A DNA stretch of 64,000 bases from Guillardia theta CCMP2712 (lineage: Eukaryota; Protista; Cryptophyta): positions 263,113 through 327,112 of the forward strand of contig NW_005434641.1 of assembly GCF_000315625.1 (NCBI RefSeq), given 5' to 3'. The position numbers and the translations under genes are program-made. How positions within the stretch are numbered: the stretch's first letter is position 1; every line of letters starts with the position of its first letter. The notes beneath the pieces are model-generated. The model worked only from the letters and a program-made list of their open reading frames with translations. It had not been told where the DNA came from and did not search any database. Of this stretch, positions 1-11,459 are shown in pieces.

Positions 1-473
1 ATGCTGAGCCCCAGCCATACGAGTACGACGACGGCAACAGCGAGCTCTTCGCCCATGTCACCCTCAGACGAAAGCATCATGAGGACCTCCGCACCAGAGA
101 CAGCGTCATGCTCGACAGCACGACCGTCACCAGCTACTTCCACATGCGCCAGAGCGAGGCGGCGGCGGCGTTCGGGATCTCGCTGACGGCCTTCAAGGCC
201 GCATGCAGGAAGCTCGGCATCCAGAGGTGGCCGTACATGCGACAGAAGGCGGCTGCTTCCGCCCAGACCGCCATGACAGACCCAGACCAGGAGGCCGGCG
301 GGGCGCGTGGGAGGAGGCGCGACCGGCGGGTCACGACGGGCCCAGGCGCTGGGGCGGAGCAGGAGCAGGCAGGCAGGGCTCGATGGGACGGCAGCCTTGA
401 GGACCTGATGGAGGAGGCGCTGGAGCATTGCACGCGGAAGGAAGAGGGGCAGTTTATAGCAGAGGGCAAGTGA
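1..473 (+). CDS. RWP-RK domain transcription factor, array copy 1 (5' end outside window)
   Basis: Translation contains YFHMRQSEAAAAFGISLTAFKAACRKLGIQRWPYMR, a typical RWP-RK domain; stop TGA at 471-473. Confidence 0.88.
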   Translation, partial: AEPQPYEYDDGNSELFAHVTLRRKHHEDLRTRDSVMLDSTTVTSYFHMRQSEAAAAFGISLTAFKAACRKLGIQRWPYMRQKAAASAQTAMTDPDQEAGGARGRRRDRRVTTGPGAGAEQEQAGRARWDGSLEDLMEEALEHCTRKEEGQFIAEGK

Positions 474-1758
474 AGGCGTCCGTCAGCCTTTCACTCAGAG
501 TCTACGTCTACGCCTGCCTGTCCCTGACGCCCGACGCATGCCTCCCTCTCTATCTGGGCCCGCGCCCTCCTCGTCCGCCTACATCGAGAGCACTCCGGAG
601 TCCACAGGGAGCCTCCCCGGCGGCCCGCGAGAGGTCCTCTCAGCGCGGCGATGGCATGCTGGGGCTCATCTCGACGTGGCCATCCTGCAGCCATGTCCTC
701 CTGGGGCCTGAGGTACCTCCCCCTATACGACCGGGCTGCTTGTCCTGGCTCCTCCGCCTCCCCTTGTCCCTCCCTGCGGGGGCCTCCGCATACCCTTTTG
801 CTTCCGATCCGTCGTCGTCCCGTACGACCTGCTCCGTTTCCTCCCTCCCCCCTCCCGTCTAGCCCTGCCCCACCCCACCATACCTCGTCAGGTCTGCTTC
901 GACCTTGTTCGGGCAAGCCCGTCTCAGCTCCTCTAGCGCGTCGTGTAGCTCCTTGGCGTCCGCGCAATGCCTCTCCGACATCCTGTACCTCCGTCCCTCT
1001 GACGGCGCCTCGCACACGAAGCTCGCGCACGTCCTGGGCGACGGCGCTTGTCTCGGCCGCCTCAGCGCTCCCTGTATAGACCGCCCGAGACTGCCCGACG
1101 CCGGCGCATGCCCGTCGTAGAGCAGCTCGTCCAGCGCCTCGACCCCCTTGCCGGTCGCGATCTCGTTGTAGTCGAGGCACACGTAGCTCCTCTTGTCTAG
1201 GCGTCGGAGCTGCGCTGCTAAGTCGAGCGCGCTCGTGCGGAGGGTCTTGGCCTGCACGTTCCAGGGGCGGAAGCGACGCTTGATGGTGCAAGAGCATAGG
1301 ATGATGACAGTGGCTGATTTTCATCTTGTCTTGTTTTCAACTTTTGCAATTCGAATTCTTGTTAAACACAATCGATTTGTTGTTTCATTACAATATTGAC
1401 ATTTTGATTCATGGCACAGTGCTGAATACTGCCCATGATGTTTCTAATTGGATGATCCTGATATGCTCTGGGCACTTCAGTGTTATCGAGGATTAGGATT
1501 ATTATAGTGCTCAAGTAGCAACGAAGATTCGTTTTCGAGACTTCGGGTGCACCTGAGGTTGTCCAGCAAGTCAACAAGAGAGATTTTGGCCACCTTTACA
1601 GACTACAAGGCAAGATGAGGGTTTTACTGCATACTTGACTCGATGGTCTCACTTTGTTGCATGAGGCTGCCTGGTCGCAACGAGTGTTGGCCAGGGAAGG
1701 AAAAAAAAATTTCTTCTTTTTTTGGTGTTAAAAAAAAGGGTTCAAGGAGGGGTGGGGG

Positions 1759-3000
1759 TTGCAAAATTTCGATCTATGCGCCAGTTTTGAAGCTATGCCA
1801 GCAACAGTGAAGAAAGGCGTGAAACACGAACAAAGCCAAGACAAGACGAGAACAGAAGAGCTAAGTAGTCGCCAAAAGCTCCCACATTGCCTGACCCATG
1901 AGACAACAAGTGCTTTTACCTACTGGATTTCCAGGCCAAAGATCGATGGTCGAACAAAATCAATCACACATCGTCCATCCATGAAGCCTAAGTGCGTTCC
2001 GAGCCCTCCCACGGCTGATATCAGGCGAGCGACGCGAGTAGTTGCCCAAGGCGAGCACCAACAGCTCCCCAACACCGGCACTACCGGCCCTGAGCTGTGC
2101 CCACACGCTCTCAACATCCTTCCAGCGGTTTGGTTTGTCCCCGGCGTGGCTTCATACGCACCCAGCAAGCCTGGAGATGAAGTGATGTTGGACTGGGACT
2201 ATCAGACCGACGAGACAAGTCAGAGAGATGCACGCTCTTGCCATCCCGCATCGATAGCCCTTCCGTTGAACCCGTTTCAAGCTCACTCGAGCCAAGTGGT
2301 ACAGCGTCTCCTTGAGATGCAAGAGACCGCCGCATCCCCGCACAAGGAAAGCATCGCAAGACATCCAGAACCCTTGCGCAAGCTGCTATCCTCCAGCAGC
2401 CCCTCCCCATCTGATCGATCTCAAGATGTCGTAAACAAGTTATCGAGCTCGGGCTCAGAAGACTCGGCGTACGGAAGCGCTCTGTCGTCGGACGAGGGGG
2501 TGGGCGTGGGGACGGAGAGCCAGAGCGATGCTGAGCCCCAGCAATACGAGTACGACGACGGCAACAGCGAGCTCTTCGCCCATGTCACCCTCAGACGAAA
2601 GCATCATGAGGACCTCCGCACCAGAGACAGCGTCATGCTCGACAGCACGACCGTCACCAGCTACTTCCACATGCGCCAGAGCGAGGCGGCGGCGGCGTTC
2701 GGGATCTCGCTGACGGCCTTCAAGGCCGCATGCAGGAAGCTCGGCATCCAGAGGTGGCCGTACATGCGACAGAAGGCGGCTGCTTCCGCCCAGACCGCCA
2801 AGACAGACCCAGACCAGGAGGCCGGCGGGGCGCGTGGGAGGAGGCGCGACCGGCGGGTCACGACGGGCCCAGGCGCTGGGGCGGAGCAGGAGCAGGCAGG
2901 CAGGGCTCGATGGGACGGCAGCCTTGAGGACCTGATGGAGGAGGCGCTGGAGCATTGCACGCGGAAGGAAGAGGGGCAGTTTATAGCAGAGGGCAAGTGA
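1759..3000 (+). CDS. RWP-RK transcription factor, copy 2 (intact, unique N-terminus; first in-frame ATG at 1795)
   Basis: 413-codon ORF ending in the same RWP-RK C-terminal block as copy 1. Confidence 0.85.
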   Translation: MQNFDLCASFEAMPATVKKGVKHEQSQDKTRTEELSSRQKLPHCLTHETTSAFTYWISRPKIDGRTKSITHRPSMKPKCVPSPPTADIRRATRVVAQGEHQQLPNTGTTGPELCPHALNILPAVWFVPGVASYAPSKPGDEVMLDWDYQTDETSQRDARSCHPASIALPLNPFQAHSSQVVQRLLEMQETAASPHKESIARHPEPLRKLLSSSSPSPSDRSQDVVNKLSSSGSEDSAYGSALSSDEGVGVGTESQSDAEPQQYEYDDGNSELFAHVTLRRKHHEDLRTRDSVMLDSTTVTSYFHMRQSEAAAAFGISLTAFKAACRKLGIQRWPYMRQKAAASAQTAKTDPDQEAGGARGRRRDRRVTTGPGAGAEQEQAGRARWDGSLEDLMEEALEHCTRKEEGQFIAEGK

Positions 3001-4145
3001 AGGTGTCCGTCAGCCTTTCACTCAAGCGACGTTGGATTTCATCAAAGTGACGTCACTTGGAAGACTGTTTTCTAGCACCAGGTTTCAGCTTTCCAAGTAC
3101 ATCGAGTCGTTGTATATTAACGATTGGCCAAGCCGAGCCTTCTGTGCCGTCCCCTAATTTGATGGCACTTGCGCTTTGTATTGACATCTGCATGATATGT
3201 AGGATTTCGACAATGGGGTTGATTCCCTCGCGTTTGCCTGGTCAGCTCCCTTTCGGCCTCACACACTGCCAGTTCTTTTGGACCGATCGGATTGTTTGAT
3301 GGCTTTCCCTTCCTGCGCTAAGGAGGGACACTAACAAGACGGTGGGCTGGTAGGTTTAGACGTGGAGGACCAGGGGCCTCTAGGTTTCTTTACACATTTC
3401 ATCAAAGGGGAGACTGTGAGGATGAGCTTTAACAAAGCTTGCTGATGAACCATGCACATTTTGGATTTGTTCCGAGATGTTATATTGTGATGTTTGTGCT
3501 CTTTATGGATTTGACGGTATCTTTTTGCAGCGCGCATTTTTTTGCTAAACATCCATAAAAGTTCAAGGCTGAAATGTACTGATTTCATACCTTGTCTGTG
3601 TACATGCTCTCCGTCCCATCTCGTCAAGCTCGCGTACCCTCGTAGACGTCTCATACACTTCTTGGGACGATTGATTTTGTTCGTATTGTCCAAGATGTGA
3701 AAAGAAAAGTTTAAATGCCGTTTGTCAGCAATCGAGAGTCAAAAAAGCAGTATGATTTTGTTCCTTCTTTGTGACTTTGAAATGAGTCGGAGAGTCACAT
3801 TGCATCTGATCTTTGTTTCGAAGGATTCTGTGCAATTTCGTTGTTTTCCTTTGGAAATGCAGGGCAGCAAAGAATCAGAATCAAACTTGTTTCCGTGAAA
3901 GACTCGACAGTCGTCTGTGACTCGGCCCATCTCTGTGCAGGTGGACATTCCAGGTATGTGAGTGCAAGCGCGGACCGGAGAACATGAGAGGTTGGATGCG
4001 AGAGGAAGGAAGGGCTGACTAGGAGGTGGGGGTCATATAAAAGGAACGGGGTGGAGGGGGCTCTCAGTTTTTTATAATCAGATCTTTACTTACCACTACT
4101 CGCCAACAGCACCCAACTGAAGCGACTGGAAGTCCAGGGGGTGGG

Positions 4146-5069
4146 GTGGGGTGGTCCTGTGCTTGCGATGCACACGATGTACAAATGCTCGGAACAGTTT
4201 CACAACGCAGCATGGGAGCATCAGGGAAAAGATTTCTCGACTGCACTATAAGCAGAAGTTCGTACAACGAGCAGCAGGAATATAAAGTCACTGGTAGTCT
4301 CACGAATGCGCAATACTTCAGTCCTCCAACCCTTGATGACACAGACAACCAGTCAAAACTTGAACCAAGTTCAACATCAGCTCCTCAACTCCACCAAGCA
4401 CAAACGTTCACAGGCTATGCACGTTCAACATTCAAAGCTGCGAGACGAAATATTCATCGAAATCAAAATCAAACAAATCAAGTTCAAGAACAAACAACAA
4501 AACTCGAATCAACACAGGTAAAAACAATAAATCAGGCAAAACAATACGCAGAGAACGATACGGACGAAAACAGATTCAGCATGGAAAATGAAAGCGATGA
4601 TGAGCCCCAGCCATACGAGTACGACGACGGCAACAGCGAGCTCTTCGCCCATGTCACCCTCAGACGAAAGCATCATGAGGACCTCCGCACCAGAGACAGC
4701 GTCATGCTCGACAGCACGACCGTCACCAGCTACTTCCACATGCGCCAGAGCGAGGCGGCGGCGGCGTTCGGGATCTCGCTGACAGCCTTCAAGGCCGCAT
4801 GCAGGAAGCTCGGCATCCAGAGGTGGCCGTACATGCGACAGAAGGCGGCTGCTTCCGCCCAGACCGCCATGACAGACCCAGACCAGGAGGCCGGCGGGGC
4901 GCGTGGGAGGAGGCGCGACCGGCGGGTCACGACGGGCCCAGGCGCTGGGGCGGAGCAGGAGCAGGCAGGCAGGGCTCGATGGGACGGCAGCCTTGAGGAC
5001 CTGATGGAGGAGGCGCTGGAGCATTGCACGCGGAAGGAAGAGGGGCAGTTTATAGCAGAGGGCAAGTGA
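4146..5069 (+). CDS. RWP-RK transcription factor, copy 3 (intact, Q/N/T-rich unique N-terminus; first in-frame ATG at 4185)
   Basis: 307-codon ORF with the shared RWP-RK block; TATAAAA at 4036-4042 upstream. Confidence 0.85.
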   Translation: MGWSCACDAHDVQMLGTVSQRSMGASGKRFLDCTISRSSYNEQQEYKVTGSLTNAQYFSPPTLDDTDNQSKLEPSSTSAPQLHQAQTFTGYARSTFKAARRNIHRNQNQTNQVQEQTTKLESTQVKTINQAKQYAENDTDENRFSMENESDDEPQPYEYDDGNSELFAHVTLRRKHHEDLRTRDSVMLDSTTVTSYFHMRQSEAAAAFGISLTAFKAACRKLGIQRWPYMRQKAAASAQTAMTDPDQEAGGARGRRRDRRVTTGPGAGAEQEQAGRARWDGSLEDLMEEALEHCTRKEEGQFIAEGK

Positions 5070-5454
5070 AGGCGTCCGTCAGCCTTTCACTCAGAGTCTA
5101 CGTCTACGCCTGCCTGTCCCTGACGCCCGACGCATGCCTCCCTCTCTATCTGGGCCCGCGCCCTCCTCGTCCGCCTACATCGAGAGCACTCCGGCGTCCA
5201 CAGGGAGCCTCCCCGGCGGCCCGCGAGAGGTCCTCTCATAGCGGAGATGGCATGCTGGGGCTCATCTCGACGTGGCCATCCTGCAGCCATGTCCTCCTGG
5301 GGCCTGAGGTACCTCCCCCTATACGACCGGGCTCCTTGTCCTGGCTCCTCCGCCTCCCCTTGTCCCTCCCTGCGGGGGCCTCCGCATTCCCTTTTGCTTC
5401 CGATCCGTCGTCGTCCCGTACGACCTGCTCCGTTTCCTCCCTCTCCCCTCCCGT

Positions 5455-5946
5455 CTAGCCCTGCCCCACCCCACCATACCTCGTCAGGTCTGCTTCGACT
5501 TGGTTTGGGCAACCTTCCGGCGCACATGACGAGCAACAGGCCTTGAGGAGCGAGGGCGACGTCTCGAGCCGAGGGAGAGAGACTCGCTCATCCAAGCATG
5601 AGGCGACAGGCGCGCCCGCTAGCCATGACAGAACATTGCAGAAAGGTGCCTCTAAGCTGGATTTCAAGTCCTCACATTGGAGCAGATAACACATTTTTGG
5701 ATTACAATTCAGTGCGTTGCACATGCAATTTCATTCCGTATCAGGTAAATATATCTTGTAAGCAACTTTTGCTGTCCAGAAGTCTACATATACCAAGTGA
5801 TCAATAAAACTGCAAAGCGGTGAATTCTCAATGGATTCAACCTTGCAGAGAGTTTGCATAATCACAAAAGCAATTGATAAACGAATCAAAACAAATGATG
5901 CTGGATAAAACAGAACCAATAAAGCATCCCAATTGACAACCCACAA
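5455..5946 (-). pseudogene. Degenerate sulfotransferase-like paralog joined to the shared 3' end
   Basis: Frame reads ...HLVYVDFW...TE*NCMCNAL...CYLLQCEDLKSSLE... then joins the shared CPNQVEADLTR; internal stop at ~5731; CEDL resembles the sulfotransferase YEDL motif. Confidence 0.4.
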
Positions 5947-6269
5947 CGAAGGTGCAGATTAAACGCATAGAAAGCATACAAATAAAACCATCTGTACTGG
6001 CTCCATTCACTTAGCTCACCTTGCACCGTCCTGTAGTAGGCAGCAGCTGTATCCTTGTACTCAATTTCCTACCTCCTTTCGGGCTCAACCAGCGATACGA
6101 TCACTGGCAGAGCCTCTTTCCCCGCCCTGGTGCTGGCCTCCCTCAACATCGATCCTCCCACCCTCCCCGCCCTGGCTGCTCTCCCGCCTCAAGATCGATC
6201 CTCGCCCTTCGCAGGTTGCTGGGCGTGAACTGACTGTGTTGAAAGCCAAAGCGACTGTCAGGACAGGGG

Positions 6270-7201
6270 GTGGGGGTGGTGGAGCTGACGCCATGGCAAA
6301 CTTTGCCGTCAGAGAGACACAAGAGCGAATGCAAGCAAGCTAACAACAGCAAACAGGTAGAGAAGAGCAGCCCAAAGGAGCTTTCAGAACACCAAGCACA
6401 AACCAAACTTCAGGGAATTTCAGAAAGCTGCTTCAACCACTCAAGACGCTGCCATCCACCGACAATGACAACACAACTAAACACCGATGTGAGACTCATG
6501 CCATCGCTCCCCGACAAGCTGCAGACAGACGAGCAAAGCTCTCTCTCTCATGTCGCCTTGCCTTGTGCCGACGATCAGCCATCAGAGCCTAGCCCCATCA
6601 CCAAGCCCCTTTCCCTGACCTTGAGCGAAGGCTTCGACTCCTCGGCATCGAGCTCGGGCTCAGAAGACTCGGCGTACGGAAGCGCTCTGTCGTCGGACGA
6701 GGGGGTGGGCGTGGGGACGGAGAGCCAGAGCGATGCTGAGCCCCAGCCATACGAGTACGACGACGGCAACAGCGAGCTCTTCGCCCATGTCACCCTCAGA
6801 CGAAAGCATCATGAGGACCTCCGCACCAGAGACAGCGTCATGCTCGACAGCACGACCGTCACCAGCTACTTCCACATGCGCCAGAGCGAGGCGGCGGCGG
6901 CGTTCGGGATCTCGCTGACATCAAGGCCGCATGCAGGAAGCTCGGCATCCAGAGGTGGCCGTACATGCGACAGAAGGCGGCTGCTTCCGCCCAGACCGCC
7001 ATGACAGACCCAGACCAGGAGGCCGGCGGGGCGCGTGGGAGGAGGCGCGACCGGCGGGTCACGACGGGCCCAGGCGCTGGGGCGGAGCAGGAGCAGGCAG
7101 GCAGGGCTCGATGGGACGGCAGCCTTGAGGACCTGATGGAGGAGGCGCTGGAGCATTGCACGCGGAAGGAAGAGGGGCAGTTTATAGCAGAGGGCAAGTG
7201 A
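6270..7201 (+). pseudogene. RWP-RK copy 4, frameshifted inside the DNA-binding domain
   Basis: 4-bp deletion (GCCT missing between 6920 and 6921 relative to copy 3 GACAGCCTTCAAGG) shifts the frame before KAACRKLGIQRWP. Confidence 0.8.
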
Positions 7202-7445
7202 AGGCGTCCGTCAGCCTTTCACTCAGAGTCTACGTCTACGCCTGCCTGTCCCTGACGCCCGACGCATGCCTCCCTCTCTATCTGGGCCCGCGCGCTCCTC
7301 CCTACATCGAGAGCACTCCGGCGTCCACAGGGAGCCTCCCCGGCGGCCCGCGAGAGGTCCTCTCAGCGCGGCGATGGCATGCTGGGGCTCATCTCGACGT
7401 CGCCATCCTGCAGCCATGTCCTCCTGGGGCCTGAGGTACCTCCCC

Positions 7446-8353
7446 CTATACGACCGGGCTCCTCCTCCTGGCTCCTCCGCCTCCCCTTGTCCCTCCCTGC
7501 GGGGGCCTCCGCAAACCCTTTTGCTCCCGATCCGTCGTCGTCCCGTACGACCTGCTCGTTTCCTCCCTCTCCCTCCCGTCTAGCCCTGCCCCTCCCCACC
7601 ATACCTCGTCAGGTCTGCTTCGACCTTGTTCGGGCAAGCCCGTCTCAGCTCCTCTAGCGCGTCGTGTAGCTCCTTGGCGTCCGCGCAATGCCTCTCCGAC
7701 ATCCTGTACCTCCGTCCCTCTGACGGCGCCTCGCACACGAAGCTCGCGCACGTCCTGGGCGACGGCGCTTGTCTCGGCCGCCTCAGCGCTCCCTGTATAG
7801 ACCGCCCGAGACTGCCCGACGCCGGCGCATGCCCGTCGTAGAGCAGCTCGTCCAGCGCCTCGACCCCCTTGCCGGTCGCGATCTCGTTGTAGTCGAGGCA
7901 CACGTAGCTCCTCTTGTCTAGGCGTCGGAGCTGCGCTGCTAAGTCGAGCGCGCTCGTGCGGAGGGTCTTGGCCTGCACGTTCCAGGGGCGGAAGCGACGC
8001 TTGATGGTGCAAGAGCATAGGATGCTGAGAGCGTCTCGGAACAGCACGACCACCTCGAGAGTCTTGCCAGCCAGGTAGAGGACGTGACCAAGCTTATCGA
8101 AGTCTCCGTCCATCTGAGCAGGAGCGTGTGTCCAGATGATCTGCCAGTCCTTGTTTTGGCATGGCAGTCGTTGTTGCTGCTTTTGGTCTCTCTCACTCCA
8201 GTCCATCCCTCTGCCCGTACGCTGTGACTCGATCCTGTGTCCGTGCACGGAGCCTGTCGGTATGTGGCAACATGTAAGTGGTCTAGATTGATACACGCAT
8301 CTACAGAGAGCCGCCAAGCACGCCATGATACAAGGCGCGACGAGTGCCCGCAC
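7446..8353 (-). CDS. Shortened/chimeric sulfotransferase-like paralog (new hydrophobic N-terminus fused in frame to the shared C-terminal part)
   Basis: ORF 7580-8353 matches the 10074-11459 protein from AGKTL.VVV onward; last exon ends ...RRRSPVV* at 7446. Confidence 0.5.
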
Positions 8354-8826
8354 TTCACCTCATTGCGGGGAAGACAACAAGTATGAGAACACAAGACTAT
8401 GAGCTGATAGCAAGAGAGCTCCAAGGACGGAGCCGTGTGACGGCAGAGTCTCCCATAGCATGCAGGTAGGAGCCAGACGTCATGCAGAAGAAGAGGAGGC
8501 CGCAGAGCTACATCATCATCGCTGACTGCATGATTTCGCCAGACAGGGAAGGACCGGAGACTAGGGGGTAGGGTAGGGGAATACCAAGACCATCACGGAG
8601 GCGTGGGGGTACTGATCGGAGGTATCAGGGGTAGGGGTACAGGGGGCTCAGTTTGTTGATGGATGGTTAACACTCAGGAACATGGCAGCAAAACAAGCGA
8701 TGCGAAAGGAAGCAATCTGAAGTCGATGAGACAGAAACAAGACACGACGAGCATGAGCAAGACAGGCATGTACATCAATCTAGGCTCAGGGCCACCTGTA
8801 CCTGTCCCTCAGAGGAGCATAAGACT

Positions 8827-9692
8827 TTGGACCAAACCGGATCAAACCGCGTAGCAGTGCAAAGACAAAGCAGACTGAAACAGGTGCTAGCTGACCAGTA
8901 CAACGCCCGAGGTAGTATCATCATGACATCTGCACTCAGACACGGGGCCACAAGCAAGAGTTGCCGAATGTACGAGTACCAAGCAGTAGGCTCCTCTCCA
9001 CACCAATGTGCAACTTCAGGAAACATGCCATCGCTCCCCGACAAGCTGCAGACAAACATCGCCGATCAGCCATCAGAGCCTAGCCCCATCACCAAGCCCC
9101 TTTCCCTGACCTTGAGCGAAGGCTTCGACTCCTCGGCATCGAGCTCGGGCTCAGAAGACTCGGCGTACGGAAGCGCTCTGTCGTCGGACGAGGGGGTGGG
9201 CGTGGGGACGGAGAGCCAGAGCGATGCTGAGCCCCAGCAATACGAGTACGACGACGGCAACAGCGAGCTCTTCGCCCATGTCACCCTCAGACGAAAGCAT
9301 CATGAGGACCTCCGCACCAGAGACAGCGTCATGCTCGACAGCACGACCGTCACCAGCTACTTCCACATGCGCCAGAGCGAGGCGGCGGCGGCGTTCGGGA
9401 TCTCGCTGACATCAAGGCCGCATGCAGGAAGCTCGGCATCCAGAGGTGGCCGTACATGCGACAGAAGGCGGCTGCTTCCGCCCAGACCGCCATGACAGAC
9501 CCAGACCAGGAGGCCGGCGGGGCGCGTGGGAGGAGGCGCGACCGGCGGGTCACGACGGGCCCAGGCGCTGGGGCGGAGCAGGAGCAGGCAGGCAGGGCTC
9601 GATGGGACGGCAGCCTTGAGGACCTGATGGAGGAGGCGCTGGAGCATTGCACGCGGAAGGAAGAGGGGCAGTTTATAGCAGAGGGCAAGTGA
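8827..9692 (+). pseudogene. RWP-RK copy 5, same frameshift as copy 4
   Basis: Identical 4-bp deletion between 9411 and 9412. Confidence 0.8.
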
Positions 9693-9937
9693 AGGCGTCC
9701 GTCAGCCTTTCACTCAGAGTCTACGTCTACGCCTGCCTGTCCCTGACGCCCGACGCATGCCTCCCTCTCTATCTGGGCCCGCGCCCTCCTCCCTACATCG
9801 AGAGCACTCCGGCGTCCACAGGGAGCCTCCCCGGCGGCCCGCGAGAGGTCCTCTCAGCGGCGGCGATGGCATGCTGGGGCTCATCTCGACGTCGCCATCC
9901 TGCAGCCATGTCCTCCTGGGGCCTGAGGTACCTCCCC

Positions 9938-11459
9938 CTATACGACCGGGCTCCTCCTCCTGGCTCCTCCGCCTCCCCTTGTCCCTCCCTGCGGGGGCCT
10001 CCGCAAACCCTTTTGCTCCCGATCCGTCGTCGTCCCGTACGACCTGCTCCGTTTCCTCCTTCTCCCCTCCCGTCTAGCCCTGCCCCTCCCCACCATACCT
10101 CGTCAGGTCTGCTTCGACCTTGTTCGGGCAAGCCCGTCTCAGCTCCTCTAGCGCGTCGTGTAGCTCCTTGGCGTCCGCGCAATGCCTCTCCGACATCCTG
10201 TACCTCCGTCCCTCTGACGGCGCCTCGCACACGAAGCTCGCGCACGTCCTGGGCGACGGCGCTTGTCTCGGCCGCCTCAGCGCTCCCTGTATAGACCGCC
10301 CGAGACTGCCCGACGCCGGCGCATGCCCGTCGTAGAGCAGCTCGTCCAGCGCCTCGACCCCCTTGCCGGTCGCGATCTCGTTGTAGTCGAGGCACACGTA
10401 GCTCCTCTTGTCTAGGCGTCGGAGCTGCGCTGCTAAGTCGAGCGCGCTCGTGCGGAGGGTCTTGGCCTGCACGTTCCAGGGGCGGAAGCGACGCTTGATG
10501 GTGCAAGAGCATAGGATGCTGAGAGCGTCTCGGAGCAGCACGACCACCTTGAGAGTCTTGCCAGCCTCCTTCATGATGTCGGCGAGTTTTGAGACGTCTG
10601 GGTCTCGTTCAGAATCTCCGCCAGAGTTTGGATATGACATCATTCCTGAATGGCACAGTCTTGTTTCATCCATTATATTCAGGAATGTCATGGCTGGTTT
10701 TTGTGATAAGTCGGATGGGATTGATTTTAGCTGCTGCAGCAAGTAGAGGCTTGCCTTTTTGGGGCTTGACGCCCACCTGATATTGAACAACCCATTCTGA
10801 CTCTCTTCATTCCATAACGCGCAAACCAGCTGCATGCTCTGCTCAGTCTTCCTCACGTGAGGATGCTGAACACTTGCTTCTTGTATCAGGTGGTGGCCCG
10901 TTCCCTCAAGGCCGGCCCAGAATACATACACATCTCTTGCAAAGAATCTTCCATTATTCGATGGCAGTGATTGCTGTGGTAGGTGAGCATCGGAAAGACG
11001 TTTGGCTGCTTGTAAGGGTTGCTCTACTCCTTCTTGCGCTTTGGAGTCTCCGAGTCCTGAAGAAACGAACATCTTGCCACGGCTGTGCAGCGTCCGGTAA
11101 ACAAGCGATCCGAGCCTCTTGACGACTGTCTGCTCGTTGTCTCCTTTTCTCAGGGAAGTGGTAGGGACGTTTTGGCTGAAATGTTCAAACGTCGCGTTTC
11201 GGTCGGGGTACAGGATTTGAGCATCAGGGTTGGTCGCGCGGACATTGAAGGGTTTGCGATGCTCTAAGGAGCTCAACTGGTGAAGCAACCGCAGGCTCTT
11301 GGCCTCGTTGTGCGCTTCTTTTCTCAAAGCACTCTGGTCATGAGCACGAAGGGACGGATCTCTTTGTAGCAAGCTATGATGCAAGACAGCGCCTGCTAGC
11401 GCCGCAAGGAGCGGGATCAAGATGCGGGTATACCTTGAGCTGATGCTGCTGCAAGACAT
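9938..11459 (-). CDS. Putative sulfotransferase-fold type II membrane protein (exons 11459-10099, 10043-9938)
   Basis: N-terminal anchor ILIPLLAALAGAVL; FWAGLEGTGHHL resembles a 5'-PSB loop and VVVLLRD a 3'-PB motif; 55-nt GTATGG...GCAG intron 10098-10044 gives C-terminus RSYGTTT...SPVV*. Confidence 0.6.

Larger units (their letters stand above)
1..10570. repeat. Five near-identical duplicated blocks (~1-1303, ~2443-3024, ~4594-5510, ~6573-8071, ~9064-10565) separated by unique sequence
   Basis: Direct sequence comparison; each block is the RWP-RK 3' half plus a variable length of the convergent gene's 3' end. Confidence 0.95.

Noticed and set aside
3057-3948. ORFs 3057-3299, 3331-3693 and 3739-3948 as viral or transposon cargo
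   Set aside because: No recognisable motifs; cannot distinguish from chance ORFs.
1-10570. Repeat-spacer layout reminiscent of a CRISPR array or LTR elements
   Set aside because: Repeats are 0.6-1.5 kb of coding sequence with staggered ends; no cas, gag/pol, transposase or TG...CA termini seen.
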